64,000 nucleotides of DNA from Negativicutes bacterium (GCA_963665275.2 CAXXIN010000019.1:32001-96000), one strand, 5' to 3'. Counted from the stretch's first letter, positions 42,716 to 52,917 are shown. Numbers and translations: made by a program. The notes: generated by a model from the sequence alone, not told the origin.

Positions 42716-42858
42716 CATCCGGAGCAAGCTTTGTTTTTCGCAAACGCTTTATTTTTCAGGGCTCCGCGCAATTTTCAAGATTTCGTCCAAAGTTGTTCGA
42801 TATGCAAATTTGCCTCTTCGTGTTACAACTGCAATGCAACAAAGTGACAGTGCAAAAA

Positions 42859-44583
42859 CTACTCCACTTTTTCCTTTTCATCCGTTTCGCACTCAAAGGG
42901 CCAGGCGGCTACGCCACCCTCCAGCACTTTTACATCCGTGAAGCCTTCGCCTTCGAGAATGCACTCTGCTTCGTAACCCCGCAAACTAATCTTGCAGAAC
43001 GCGACGATTTCATCTTCTTTGCCCAGTTCCGCCATGCGGCTGCGCAACTGTCCAAGCGGAATATAGGTCACGTTGCGGCAGGGAGCGAGCCGAACCGCCT
43101 TGCACTCTTCCGGTGTCCTGACATCCAGAAATACCGTTTGGGGCGAGGCCAGTTTGTCCTTGGCTTCAATGGGTGAAATCCCCTTGAATTTTCCTGCGAT
43201 CTTGTTCATCAACGTATTGGCCGCAACCGCCGCATTATCGATGGCGTTGTTGAAGGGTGGCGCGTAGGATAGATCAATGTCGAACACATCGTCGATCGTC
43301 CCGCCAAAAGTCAGCACGGCTGCCGCCACATCGATGCGTTTGGCCACTTCGCCTTCGCCAAACGCCTGAATTCCAAGCACCTTGCGAGTCCGTGCGTCGG
43401 CGATGAGTTTGATGGTAATCATTTTGGAACCAGGCATATAATGAGCCCGGTCATGACCAGTGGTCATGGTGGTGACGAGCTCGTATCCCGCTTCTTTCGC
43501 TTCCCGCTCGGTCAATCCGGTCTTGCCGATGTTCAAGTCCAGCAGCCGTACGACAACAGTACCGAGAATTCCACGGAACTTGACGTGGGCGCCGCAAATA
43601 TTTTCACCGATGACGCGTCCATGTTTATTGGCGATGGAACCAAGCGCGACAAAAGCTTTTTTTCCTGTCACCAGGTGGGTGTTCTCGGCGCAGTCGCCAC
43701 CGGCATAAATATCCGGATCGCTTGTCTGCATGAATTCATTGACGGAGATAGTCCCGGAGACGCCCAGCAGCAGTCCCGCTTCCTGCGCCAGTTTGGAAGT
43801 CGGTTTCACGCCAACCGCCATGACGACAACATCAGCAAGCAAGATTCCCTTATCCGTCACGACCGATTTCACGACACCTTCGCCCTCGAAGCGCTGCACT
43901 TTTTCCTGCGTGCGGATTTCGATCCCCTTTTCACTGGCGTACTTTTCAATGGCCAGCGCAGCTTCCGCATCCAGGAACGCCGGGAACACATGGTCCTGCA
44001 TTTCGACGATAGACACATGAACTCCCCAGCGATGAAACGCTTCCGCCATCTCGATGCCTACCAGACCAGCTCCGATGATCACTGCGTTTTTGACTTGTCC
44101 TGCTTCCAGAAGGCTGCGAATATCGCGGGCATCATAAGGATGCCACATCGGAAAAATATTACCGAGATCCACGCCGGGAAACGGAATCCGTACCGGTGTG
44201 GAACCGGTGGCGATCACCAGCTTATCATAGGGAAGGTCCGACTCTTCCCCCGTAGTCAGAGTTCTGATCCGGACGGTTTTCAACGTCCGGTCGATACGAA
44301 GGGCCTCGGTCCGCGTCAGCACATCCAGATTCTTCGTGGCTTTAAAAAAGCCGGCATTCCGCATGGAACCGGCAGGTGTCATCATTAATTGATCTATGGA
44401 AAGAATGTCTCCGGCAACAACATAAGGCATACCGCAGGCGCCATAGGAAACGATTTCGCCGCGTTCCACGACGGTGATGCGGGCATGCGGATCACCGCGG
44501 CGCACTTTGGCTGCAGACTTGAGTCCAGCCGCCACTCCGCCGATCACGACTATGTTTCGGGGCATCGGTTGATTGTCCATCAT
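42859..44583 (-). CDS. CoA-disulfide reductase / NADH oxidase family flavoprotein with C-terminal rhodanese domain
   Basis: GGVAAG, SYGACGMPY redox Cys, GAGLVG.E, YAGGDC, YAPPF; rhodanese LDVR..FCKISLRG..LEGG. Confidence 0.9.
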   Translation of the reverse strand: MMDNQPMPRNIVVIGGVAAGLKSAAKVRRGDPHARITVVERGEIVSYGACGMPYVVAGDILSIDQLMMTPAGSMRNAGFFKATKNLDVLTRTEALRIDRTLKTVRIRTLTTGEESDLPYDKLVIATGSTPVRIPFPGVDLGNIFPMWHPYDARDIRSLLEAGQVKNAVIIGAGLVGIEMAEAFHRWGVHVSIVEMQDHVFPAFLDAEAALAIEKYASEKGIEIRTQEKVQRFEGEGVVKSVVTDKGILLADVVVMAVGVKPTSKLAQEAGLLLGVSGTISVNEFMQTSDPDIYAGGDCAENTHLVTGKKAFVALGSIANKHGRVIGENICGAHVKFRGILGTVVVRLLDLNIGKTGLTEREAKEAGYELVTTMTTGHDRAHYMPGSKMITIKLIADARTRKVLGIQAFGEGEVAKRIDVAAAVLTFGGTIDDVFDIDLSYAPPFNNAIDNAAVAANTLMNKIAGKFKGISPIEAKDKLASPQTVFLDVRTPEECKAVRLAPCRNVTYIPLGQLRSRMAELGKEDEIVAFCKISLRGYEAECILEGEGFTDVKVLEGGVAAWPFECETDEKEKVE

Positions 44584-44740
44584 TGCCTCCGTTTACCCCC
44601 CTATAAGGGGGGCTTCTATATCATTCATTTTACTTGATAATAAGTTGCTTCGTCAATTGATGGAATATCGCAGTCCAACCCATAATATGGTATGATAAAA
44701 ATTGAATAATCTGCGAAATCCGAGGAAAGGAGTTCTTTCC

Positions 44741-45481
44741 TTGATAGAATATGAAAAGATAAACAAATCTTATCAGACAGGAAGTTATGCCGTATCGGAC
44801 TTCAACCTGTCCATCGCACAAGGGGAACTGCTCGCCATCATCGGCCCGAGCGGGTGCGGCAAAACTACTGTGCTGAAAATGCTCAATCGTCTCACCGAGC
44901 CGACAGGCGGGCGAATTCTGCTGCACGGGCAGGATATTCGCGCCCTGGATCCTATCGCGCTCCGCCGCAGAATGGGTTATGTCATCCAGCAGGTGGGCCT
45001 GTTTCCCCATATGACTGTTGCGGAAAACATTACCGTGGTTCCCGATATCCTTGGCTGGCCTGCGGCGAAAAAGCATTCCCGGGCCCTCGAGTTGCTTGAA
45101 CTCATCGACATGAATCCTGCCGACTTCCTCCACCGTTACCCGCATCAGCTTTCCGGCGGACAACAGCAGCGCATTGGCGTCCTCCGGGCCCTGGCCGCCG
45201 ACCCGGAAGTAATTCTGATGGACGAACCTTTTGGCGCCGTCGATCCACTGACCCGGACCAAACTGCAGCAAGAATTGAAAGCCCTCCACAGCCGCCTGCA
45301 CAAAACCATTCTTCTTGTCACCCACGATATTGACGAAGCCTTCCGACTTGCCGACCGGATATTGCTCATGCGGGACGGACGGATTGTACAGCTCGGAACG
45401 CCCTCTGATCTCTTGGAACATCCCGCGGTTCCATTTGTCAGCGAATATATTGGCGCCGCTCAACGCCAGGCTTGCCTATGA
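44741..45481 (+). CDS. Osmoprotectant ABC transporter ATPase (OpuCA-like, no CBS domains)
   Basis: GPSGCGKT, GYVIQQVGLFPHMT, LSGGQQQR, MDEPFGA.DP. Confidence 0.9.
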   Translation: MIEYEKINKSYQTGSYAVSDFNLSIAQGELLAIIGPSGCGKTTVLKMLNRLTEPTGGRILLHGQDIRALDPIALRRRMGYVIQQVGLFPHMTVAENITVVPDILGWPAAKKHSRALELLELIDMNPADFLHRYPHQLSGGQQQRIGVLRALAADPEVILMDEPFGAVDPLTRTKLQQELKALHSRLHKTILLVTHDIDEAFRLADRILLMRDGRIVQLGTPSDLLEHPAVPFVSEYIGAAQRQACL

Positions 45482-46095
45482 ATGCGGCATTGATTTTTTC
45501 AGCCTTTCTGCGGCATCTGGAACTCTGCTCCCTGTCTGTCGGATTGGGCACGGTGACTGCAGTCAGCCTGGGTATTTACCTTTATTACCGCCCCCGCGCC
45601 GCCGCCCTGTGGCTCGGAGGGACCGGCGCCCTGCAGACGATCCCGAGCCTCGCGCTTTATGGCCTGTTTCTGCCCATTCTGGGCATCGGTCTGTTGCCAG
45701 CCGTCACCGCCCTGTTTCTCTATTCGTTGACCCCCATCCTCCGGGCTACACTGGTAAGCCTGAAGGAAGTGGATCCCTCTTTGACGGAAGCCGCCCGCGG
45801 AATGGGCATGGACCGATGGCAGATCCTGCGGCGGGTGCTGCTGCCGCTGGCGTTGCCTGGCATCCTGTCAGGAATTCGCATGTCAACCATGTACATCATC
45901 AGCTGGGCAACGCTGGCTGCTTTCATCGGCGCCGGCGGCCTGGGAGATCTCGTGCTGGGCGGCATCTACAATTACGATATCCGCCTGATTCTTGCCGGAT
46001 CCCTACCGGCTGTCCTGCTGGCGTTTCTTTGCGGGCTCGCCTTCGACAGGCTCGCACGCCGTTTGAGTATCCCGGGAGCTAAGAATCATGAATGA
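45478..46095 (+). CDS. Osmoprotectant ABC permease
   Basis: QTIPSLA, EAARGMGM, IGAGGLG. Confidence 0.9.
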   Translation: MNAALIFSAFLRHLELCSLSVGLGTVTAVSLGIYLYYRPRAAALWLGGTGALQTIPSLALYGLFLPILGIGLLPAVTALFLYSLTPILRATLVSLKEVDPSLTEAARGMGMDRWQILRRVLLPLALPGILSGIRMSTMYIISWATLAAFIGAGGLGDLVLGGIYNYDIRLILAGSLPAVLLAFLCGLAFDRLARRLSIPGAKNHE

Positions 46096-46702
46096 AATCC
46101 TGATGATGACTCTAGAGCATCTCTCCCTTTCAATGCAGGGCGTGTTCTGGGCCATACTGGCAGGAATCCCGCTGGGGTGGGTTTCCTATCGTCACGATCG
46201 CTTTCGTTCTTTTATTTTTACAGTTTCGGAATGGCTGCAGATCTTCCCGACCTTGGCGCTCTTGGCCCTGTTGTTGTTCGTTTGGGGACTCTCCGACACC
46301 ACGCTCATTGCAGCGCTGTTTCTGTATTCACTCCTTCCGATCGTCACCGCCACCCATGCCGGCCTCGTCGGAATCAGCCCGTCCATCCGCGAATCCGCCC
46401 TAGGGCTCGGAATGAATCCGTGGCAGTTTTTCTGGCGGGTTCAGTTGCCACTCTCCCTGCCTCATCTGCTCAGCGGAATCCGCATCGCCCTCGTTACGGC
46501 AGTCGGCATTACCACTGTCGGCGTCCTCGTCGGAGCAGGCGGACTCGGTAAGCCCATCTGGCGAGGAATCCAGACTCAGAATACGCCGATGATCCTATCT
46601 GGCGCCTTACCGGCTGCCGCCCTGGCAATCTGCATCGATTGGGCTGGACAATGGCTGGAAAAGCGCAGCACGCCCTGGAAACGTGATCGCGAACAGATCT
46701 GA
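46088..46702 (+). CDS. Osmoprotectant ABC permease
   Basis: ESALGLGM, VGAGGLG. Confidence 0.88.
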   Translation: MNEILMMTLEHLSLSMQGVFWAILAGIPLGWVSYRHDRFRSFIFTVSEWLQIFPTLALLALLLFVWGLSDTTLIAALFLYSLLPIVTATHAGLVGISPSIRESALGLGMNPWQFFWRVQLPLSLPHLLSGIRIALVTAVGITTVGVLVGAGGLGKPIWRGIQTQNTPMILSGALPAAALAICIDWAGQWLEKRSTPWKRDREQI

Positions 46703-46733
46703 CGACATTTTTAAAAAACAAGGAGGGTGACCC

Positions 46734-47648
46734 ATGAAGAATCAGTCAGCGACTTCGAAACTTTCCGCCCTGATCCTCGCAACAGCGCTCGTCTTTGTTG
46801 TTTCTGCCTGCGGCTCCTCTTCCGCACCCGCCAGCAAACCGATCGTCATTGGTTCCAAGCCTTTCACCGAAGGCGTGCTACTCAGCGAACTCGCAGCACA
46901 GCTCATCGAAGGGAACACCCCGCTCAAAGTGGACCGCAAATTCAACCTCGGCGGTACAATCGTCGCTTTCAACGCCTTGAAAAACGGCGACCTCGATCTT
47001 TATCCCGAGTACACCGGCACTGGCCTGGTAGCGATTTTGAAGCAGCCGGTTGTCGCTGACGCCGACAAGGCCTACGAAATCGTTCAGAAGGAATTCAACA
47101 GCCAATACAAAATCAAATGGCTGAAACCCCTGGGATTCAACAACACTTACGCCATGGCGGTACCGGAAGATTTCGCGGCACAGAATAATCTCAGACAAAC
47201 CTCCGATCTTGCCCGGATTAACGATCAACTCATTTTTGGCGCGGAACAGGATTTTTTTGGCCGGGCGGACGGCTATGACGGATTCACTCAGGCTTACGGC
47301 TTCAAATTCAAAAACGTGAAACAGATGGAAATCGGATTGAAGTACAAAGCCATCGCCAACAAAGAAGTCAACGTCATCAACGCATTTTCGACCGATGGCC
47401 TGTTGATCACTCACAAACTGCGGGTCCTGACCGATGACAAAAAGTATTTTCCCCCTTACTATGGCGCTTTTTTGATCCGGATGGGTACGCTGGAAAAGCA
47501 TCCCGAACTGGAAGAGGTCCTCAATAAACTCTCTGGCAAACTAACGGATAGTGAAATGCAGAAACTCAACTTTGAAGTCGAGCAAGAGAAAAAAGATCCC
47601 GCCGCCGTCGTAAAGGCGTTTCTGAAAGCAAAAGGACTGGTGAAATAG
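46734..47648 (+). CDS. Glycine betaine/choline ABC substrate-binding lipoprotein
   Basis: Lipobox VSAC; GSKPFTE, YPEYTGT, GFNNTY, FSTDG, FPPY. Confidence 0.92.
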   Translation: MKNQSATSKLSALILATALVFVVSACGSSSAPASKPIVIGSKPFTEGVLLSELAAQLIEGNTPLKVDRKFNLGGTIVAFNALKNGDLDLYPEYTGTGLVAILKQPVVADADKAYEIVQKEFNSQYKIKWLKPLGFNNTYAMAVPEDFAAQNNLRQTSDLARINDQLIFGAEQDFFGRADGYDGFTQAYGFKFKNVKQMEIGLKYKAIANKEVNVINAFSTDGLLITHKLRVLTDDKKYFPPYYGAFLIRMGTLEKHPELEEVLNKLSGKLTDSEMQKLNFEVEQEKKDPAAVVKAFLKAKGLVK

Positions 47649-47670
47649 GCGGTCGCCAAAAATACGAATA

Positions 47671-47712
47671 CAAAAAACCGGGGAGTTCCTTTTGAGGAAA
47701 CCCCCGGTTTTT
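47671..47712. terminator. Bidirectional terminator
   Basis: aaaaaaccgggagttcct...aggaaacccccggttttt between convergent genes. Confidence 0.75.
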
Positions 47713-47731
47713 CGTTCAGTTAATAATGGAT

Positions 47732-48226
47732 TTATTTACCGCGGTGACCCAGCGCGTGGTCGAGCTGGAACAGTCCGCCGACGCTCTTGTCGCCGATCAT
47801 CTTGAGCTGAGCAACGATCTGGGTGGCATTGGCTTCTTCTTCGACCTGCTCGTTGATGAACCATTGCAGGAAGATCTGCGCCGCATAATCTTTTTCCTTC
47901 AACGCCAATTCATACAGGTTGTTGATCATGGCGGTGACTTTTTTCTCATGGGTCAACACTTCTTCGAACAGTTTGAGCATGGAACCAAACTTCACAGGAG
48001 GAGCTTCCACCGCTTTCAACTCGACTTCGCCGCCCCGTTCCTGAATATAGTGAAGAATTTTCATCCCGTGAGAAGTTTCTTCTTCATATTGCACTTTCAG
48101 CCAACTGGCAAATCCTCTGAAGTTTTCCGCCTCACTATAAGCCGACATCGACAGATACAGCTGTGCCGAATAGAACTCAGCCTGGATTTGGTTATTCATC
48201 ATGTCTTGCAATTTTTTACCCAACAT
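47732..48226 (-). CDS. ftnA: Non-heme ferritin
   Basis: NNQIQAEFYSAQLYLSMS, EEETSH, HEKKVT, FLQWFINEQVEEE. Confidence 0.93.
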   Translation of the reverse strand: MLGKKLQDMMNNQIQAEFYSAQLYLSMSAYSEAENFRGFASWLKVQYEEETSHGMKILHYIQERGGEVELKAVEAPPVKFGSMLKLFEEVLTHEKKVTAMINNLYELALKEKDYAAQIFLQWFINEQVEEEANATQIVAQLKMIGDKSVGGLFQLDHALGHRGK

Positions 48227-48404
48227 ATTCATCTCTCCCTTTTTCATAACAATTATTAATTGGTATGTATTCCTATTAGTTCTTATTATAGCACACTACT
48301 TGGATATTTCAAGACTTTGTGGTCGTTAATTCCATTTTTGCAGGAAAATAATCTGACAAAGGCGAAGTACTTCGCATGATTAAATTACGGGAGGAGCGAT
48401 ATTT

Positions 48405-48578
48405 ATGGCTTACTTTATCACTGACCGTTGCAACCGCGTGGGGGCGTGTCTGCCGGTTTGCCCTGTAGAAGCCATTTCAGAAGGTGACCCCGTCTATGTC
48501 ATTGATCCAGACAAATGCATAGAATGTGGAGCGTGCGCCGCCGTCTGCCCTTCGAATGCCATCGATCCACCCAAATAA
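48405..48578 (+). CDS. Small clostridial-type ferredoxin, 57 aa
   Basis: Manual translation MAYFITDRCNRVGACLPVCPVEAISEGDPVYVIDPDKCIECGACAAVCPSNAIDPPK; GGAGG RBS; not in the ORF track. Confidence 0.92.
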   Translation: MAYFITDRCNRVGACLPVCPVEAISEGDPVYVIDPDKCIECGACAAVCPSNAIDPPK

Positions 48579-48723
48579 AGTTTGGCATTCGACATCCTTC
48601 CTGTTAAAATTATAACAACTGGTTAGTAAGGGAAGCAAACTCCGGCTGAAAATTGCCGCGCAGTTGGCTTTCCCTTTTACTGTCCTATCTTCACCATAAA
48701 GCATTGAGAAATGGAGCTATATC

Positions 48724-50130
48724 ATGCAAAAATATCTGCCTGTGACCCCAGAAATTTTGACTGAATTAAAAAACATCGTCGGCGAAAAATTCGCGTTTGC
48801 CGATCCGGAAAAAGGCGAAGCTTATTCGCGTGACGAAACCCCCGACAGCAAGTATGCCTGCCTGCCGGAAGCTGTCGTTCTGCCAGCAACGACTGATGAA
48901 GCGGCGCGAATCGTCAAACTCGCCAACCGCGAGCATATTTCTATCGTACCCCGGGGCGCCGGAACGGGTCTGGCCTGCGGAGCCATCCCGATCAACGGCG
49001 GCATTGTCGTGTCGTTGGAGCGGTTCAATCAAATCCTAGAGGTCAATGCTGAAGCCATGTATATGGTCGTACAGGCCGGAGTGCGAACTGAACTGGTCCA
49101 GCAGGCAGCCAAGGAAGCCGGGCTTTTCTATGCAGGTGATCCCTGTAGCGGCGACAGTTGCTTCATCGGGGGCAACATCGCCACCAACGCCGGTGGAAAC
49201 CGCGCCGTCAAATATGGAACCACCCGGCATCAAGTCTACGAATTTGAAATGGTGACCCCGCTCGGTGATATCGTACGTCTGGGAAGCCGGCTGAACAAAA
49301 ACACCACCGGCTACTGCCTCGAACAACTAATCATGGGCTCCGAAGGAACTCTCGGCATCATTACGCAGGCCACGCTGAAGCTGAAACCGTTGCCGGCTCA
49401 TGTCATCGACTTGCTGGCGATTTTTCCCGACGTGGAAAAAGCCATCGCTATCGTCGGTCTCATGCTGCGATCCGGTTTGACGCCCACCTGCGTCGAATTC
49501 ATGGACAACGCTACTGTTCAGAGCGTGGAACGTTTCCTGCAGGAAAGCCTGCCGCACAGTGATGTCGGCCACTATATCATTATCCAGATGGAAGCCGCCA
49601 CCGAAGACGACCTGGAGAACAAGACGGTTGCCATTGACGAACTATGTTCAGGTAACGGCGCCATCGCTGTATTGGTCGCCGATTCGCAAAAAATCTGGAA
49701 AGCCCGCAAAGCTTTCACAGAAGCAACCCATGTGGAAAGTACGGTTCAGTCATTCGAGGATATCGTGGTACCGGTAGAAAAAATTCCCGAAGCCGCAGAT
49801 GCCAGCAATCGGCTCGCCGCTCGACACGGTTTGATTTTTCGCATGGTAAGTCATGCCGGTGATGGCAACATTCATCTCACAATGTTCCGGAGCAATTTGT
49901 CCGAACAAGAGTGGGACAGTCGACTCAGTTCGTTTCAAAACGACCTGTACGAAGAAATTTATCGAATGGGTGGACGTCTGTCTGGTGAACACGGTATTGG
50001 TTATAAACGCAAAAATCTGATGCAGAAATTTACCGATCCCGTGGAACTGGATATGATGCGTCGGATCAAAAAAGCTCTCGATCCCAATCTGATCCTCAAT
50101 CCCGGCAAAATATTCGACGTAGACGACTAA
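48724..50130 (+). CDS. FAD-linked oxidoreductase (GlcD / D-lactate dehydrogenase-like)
   Basis: [51 protein letters not shown]. Confidence 0.92.
   Translation: MQKYLPVTPEILTELKNIVGEKFAFADPEKGEAYSRDETPDSKYACLPEAVVLPATTDEAARIVKLANREHISIVPRGAGTGLACGAIPINGGIVVSLERFNQILEVNAEAMYMVVQAGVRTELVQQAAKEAGLFYAGDPCSGDSCFIGGNIATNAGGNRAVKYGTTRHQVYEFEMVTPLGDIVRLGSRLNKNTTGYCLEQLIMGSEGTLGIITQATLKLKPLPAHVIDLLAIFPDVEKAIAIVGLMLRSGLTPTCVEFMDNATVQSVERFLQESLPHSDVGHYIIIQMEAATEDDLENKTVAIDELCSGNGAIAVLVADSQKIWKARKAFTEATHVESTVQSFEDIVVPVEKIPEAADASNRLAARHGLIFRMVSHAGDGNIHLTMFRSNLSEQEWDSRLSSFQNDLYEEIYRMGGRLSGEHGIGYKRKNLMQKFTDPVELDMMRRIKKALDPNLILNPGKIFDVDD
50019..50120 (+). repeat. ~100-bp direct repeat copy 1 (3' end of the FAD oxidase gene)
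   Basis: Near-identical to 53737..53838. Confidence 0.92.
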
Positions 50131-50154
50131 GCGACTTTCTATTTTCGTGCCAAG

Positions 50155-50182
50155 AAAAGACCGCCTCAACGCGGTCTTTTTT
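50155..50182. terminator. Bidirectional terminator
   Basis: aaaagaccgc-ctcaac-gcggtctttttt. Confidence 0.75.
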
Positions 50183-50187
50183 GCTGT

Positions 50188-51282
50188 TTATCTCCACCAA
50201 ACATCACTGGGATACGTAACTGCACCTACCCTAATTGGTTCGCCGATTTTCGGTGTTGAAACAAATATTTGTCGTTCTTTGGCCGCCTTTGTCACCCGCT
50301 CAATCGGGTCAGTCCAATCATGCAAAGCTAAACTAAAGGCCCCCCAATGAATGGGAATCAGGTTGTTCCCTTTTACATCGATGTGGGCTTGCACTGTTTC
50401 TTCCGGCATCATGTGAATGGCAGACCAACGTTCATCATATTGACCACACTCCATTAGCGTCCAATCGAAAGGCCCATACTTTTCGCCAATTTGGGCGAAG
50501 TGTGGGCCAAACCCGCTATCGCCGCTAAAAAAGACTCTTGTCTGTTTACCGATAACCACCCATGAGCACCACAGCGTTGTATCACGGTTAAATAGCCCTC
50601 TGCCAGAAAAATGCCTTGCTGGCGTCGCAACTAGTTTTAATCCGCCAACATCCGATTCAGCCCACCAATCATGTTCCTTGATCTTCTCTTTCTCAATACC
50701 CCATCGTTCCAAGTGGCTTCCAACGCCAAGGGGAACATAAAACTGACCAACTTTGTCCTTAATCGACATAATGGAATCATAATCCAAATGATCATAATGG
50801 TCATGAGACAAGATAACAATATCTACGGATGGTAGTTCTTCTATCTTCACGGGTAATGTTTCGCTATACCGTTTGCCGCCGACCAAAGGAAAGGGTGACG
50901 GAGTCTTGGCAAACATGGGGTCTATCAAGACTCTTTTGCCTTCGATTTCCAGCAGTACCGTTGAATGACCAAACCAATAAATCCTTGTTTCTCCCTTCTC
51001 CTGAAAACTTATAGTATTGATAAACTCCACAGGAATAGCTCCATTCGGCCTTCCTTGCGGATTTCCTTTTACAAAGTCACGCACTATCGTAACCAAGGTC
51101 TCAGGATTCATATCCATTGATGTAGGAATTTGATTCATAAACTTATTTTGTCTGAAATTTGAGGATTGGCTAAAAGTCTGAAGCTTCGCATCCGATAATC
51201 CCCCACCAAATACCGGGTGGAATTTTAATAAACAAATGCCGAACAGGCCAATCCCAACAAAGATACTGATCATAACTTTCAT
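50188..51282 (-). CDS. MBL-fold metallo-hydrolase (NAPE-PLD/RomA-like)
   Basis: WFGHST, SHDHYDH, PARHFSGR, FSGDSG, ECGQY..IHM.PEE, PIHWG; AT-rich. Confidence 0.9.
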   Translation of the reverse strand: MKVMISIFVGIGLFGICLLKFHPVFGGGLSDAKLQTFSQSSNFRQNKFMNQIPTSMDMNPETLVTIVRDFVKGNPQGRPNGAIPVEFINTISFQEKGETRIYWFGHSTVLLEIEGKRVLIDPMFAKTPSPFPLVGGKRYSETLPVKIEELPSVDIVILSHDHYDHLDYDSIMSIKDKVGQFYVPLGVGSHLERWGIEKEKIKEHDWWAESDVGGLKLVATPARHFSGRGLFNRDTTLWCSWVVIGKQTRVFFSGDSGFGPHFAQIGEKYGPFDWTLMECGQYDERWSAIHMMPEETVQAHIDVKGNNLIPIHWGAFSLALHDWTDPIERVTKAAKERQIFVSTPKIGEPIRVGAVTYPSDVWWR

Positions 51283-51343
51283 CTGTTATCCCTCATTTTA
51301 GTCTATTGTGTACCGAGCAGTTCTGACGTAGTCGCCTCTTTAG

Positions 51344-52507
51344 TTAGTGCAACAGTTTTTCATACAACCAATTTTTCTTAATATGAACCGCCTTTTGTGG
51401 GCACAACTCATGGCAGCAAAAACACCGGATACATTTCTCTGTATTTACTATCGGTCGGTGATTTTCCATGCTGATAGCTTTGGGCGGACAACTTTCCATG
51501 CACAAGCCGCAGGAAACACAAGCATTATAATCAAATACCGGCTTCGGCCGCATCTTGTGTAAAATAAAGTCTTGAATGAATGTAGGAACTCCTTTGATAC
51601 TTAAGCCTCCTATGGCATTGGTGCTTTGCGTAGCTGGAAGCTTAAAGGGTTCTATTTTTGTTGCATGTCGTTGTAGCCCTTTTAATTCGATTTCTGCCCA
51701 ATTGCCGCCAAAAATGTTTCTGTTCTTGGCTTCGACCATTGTTGGAACCGCTTCCGGATTCATGCCAATGGTATGAATTGCCGCAAAATCTACGGCGTAA
51801 GGATTAGCCGAAGCAAAAACAAGGCCGACATGCCTTTTGTCTCCCGCTGCCGGACCGTCCCCTTCCATTCCTTCCACGCCATCAATCACAGAAAAAACGG
51901 GTTTTACGTATTCACATATATCAACTAGTAGCGCCGCAAAGTTGTCTACATTGTTCATTTTTAGATGGTAATCAATTTTTGTGCGCCCAGGAATGACGCC
52001 AAACAGATTTTTTACCGCTCCCGTGTAGGTCATCATGGTATGAGTCTTCAATTTAGCAGCCGATACTACAAAATCGACATCATTAACTATCTTGATGATT
52101 TGCATGGCGGGAGCAATTCTGGCCGCTTCATTTTCTACTTCAATAACCGAGCAGTCATAATTCAATTCACAGCCCGTTTTGTTAGCAACCTCTACCATTC
52201 CCGTTATGTTATAAACCGAGTGCAAGAGCTTTTCATTAAAATTCAAAGCTGACCCGGGACTATCCCCAATAATCACCGAACATCCCAACGCCTGCAAATA
52301 TCGAACAATGGCCTCTACAACGCTGGGATGCGTCGTAATTGCTTCTTCCGGACTGTTGCCCCGCAAAAGATTTACCTTGACTAAAACCCTGGATTTAGAT
52401 TTAATTTTTTGTTTCATCTCTGGGATTTCATCAAGACACTGAAATATTGCTTTTTCGACATTGTCATATTGGTAATCTGTGCATCTGGCTATACTTACTA
52501 TATTCAT
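51344..52507 (-). CDS. DUF362-domain protein with C-terminal 2x[4Fe-4S]
   Basis: TTHPSV, KLKTH..TGAVKNLFG, GMEGDGP; CVSCGLCMESCP and CIRCFCCHELCP. Confidence 0.88.
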   Translation of the reverse strand: MNIVSIARCTDYQYDNVEKAIFQCLDEIPEMKQKIKSKSRVLVKVNLLRGNSPEEAITTHPSVVEAIVRYLQALGCSVIIGDSPGSALNFNEKLLHSVYNITGMVEVANKTGCELNYDCSVIEVENEAARIAPAMQIIKIVNDVDFVVSAAKLKTHTMMTYTGAVKNLFGVIPGRTKIDYHLKMNNVDNFAALLVDICEYVKPVFSVIDGVEGMEGDGPAAGDKRHVGLVFASANPYAVDFAAIHTIGMNPEAVPTMVEAKNRNIFGGNWAEIELKGLQRHATKIEPFKLPATQSTNAIGGLSIKGVPTFIQDFILHKMRPKPVFDYNACVSCGLCMESCPPKAISMENHRPIVNTEKCIRCFCCHELCPQKAVHIKKNWLYEKLLH

Positions 52508-52605
52508 TCTAATTCCCCCCTACCTATTCACAATCTCGGCTAACGGTCTTCATGTTATAAAGTTTATATAGTTTCACAACTATCGAAATATAAAATTAAA
52601 AATTT

Positions 52606-52917
52606 TTAAGTTTGTCTCATTTGATCAGCAAACAGCTTGTTCACTTCAGCCACAGTTTCTTCTTTGACCTTAGCCGATAGATATTTCCCTTTTCGTTCCG
52701 TCGTGATCAATCCTGCATTCTCAAGCTCCTTGATGTGGTGTGAGATAGTAGGCGCACCAAGTTTGAGCGATTGGATCATATCTGTAACAAAGCATTCACA
52801 TTCACACCCTGTTTTAAACTCCGTTTCCCTCTTTTCGGCAATTTTGAAAAACAATTCTAATCGTTTCGGATGGGAAAGCGCTTTTAATATTTTTGCCAGT
52901 TTGACCGTATCCATCAT
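52606..52917 (-). CDS. ArsR/SmtB family transcriptional regulator
   Basis: KALSHPKRL, TISHHIKELENAGLI..ERKG; Cys-rich GCECEC segment. Confidence 0.88.
   Translation of the reverse strand: MMDTVKLAKILKALSHPKRLELFFKIAEKRETEFKTGCECECFVTDMIQSLKLGAPTISHHIKELENAGLITTERKGKYLSAKVKEETVAEVNKLFADQMRQT

Noticed and set aside
44630-45463. 277-aa minus-strand ORF
   Set aside because: Antisense shadow of the osmoprotectant ABC ATPase.
48245-48295. Fur/PerR box upstream of ferritin
   Set aside because: AT-rich with only a partial match (tataataagaactaa); too weak to call.
50188-51282. Metallo-beta-lactamase resistance gene
   Set aside because: Motifs (PARHFSGR, PIHWG) fit the NAPE-PLD/RomA-like subfamily rather than class B beta-lactamases.
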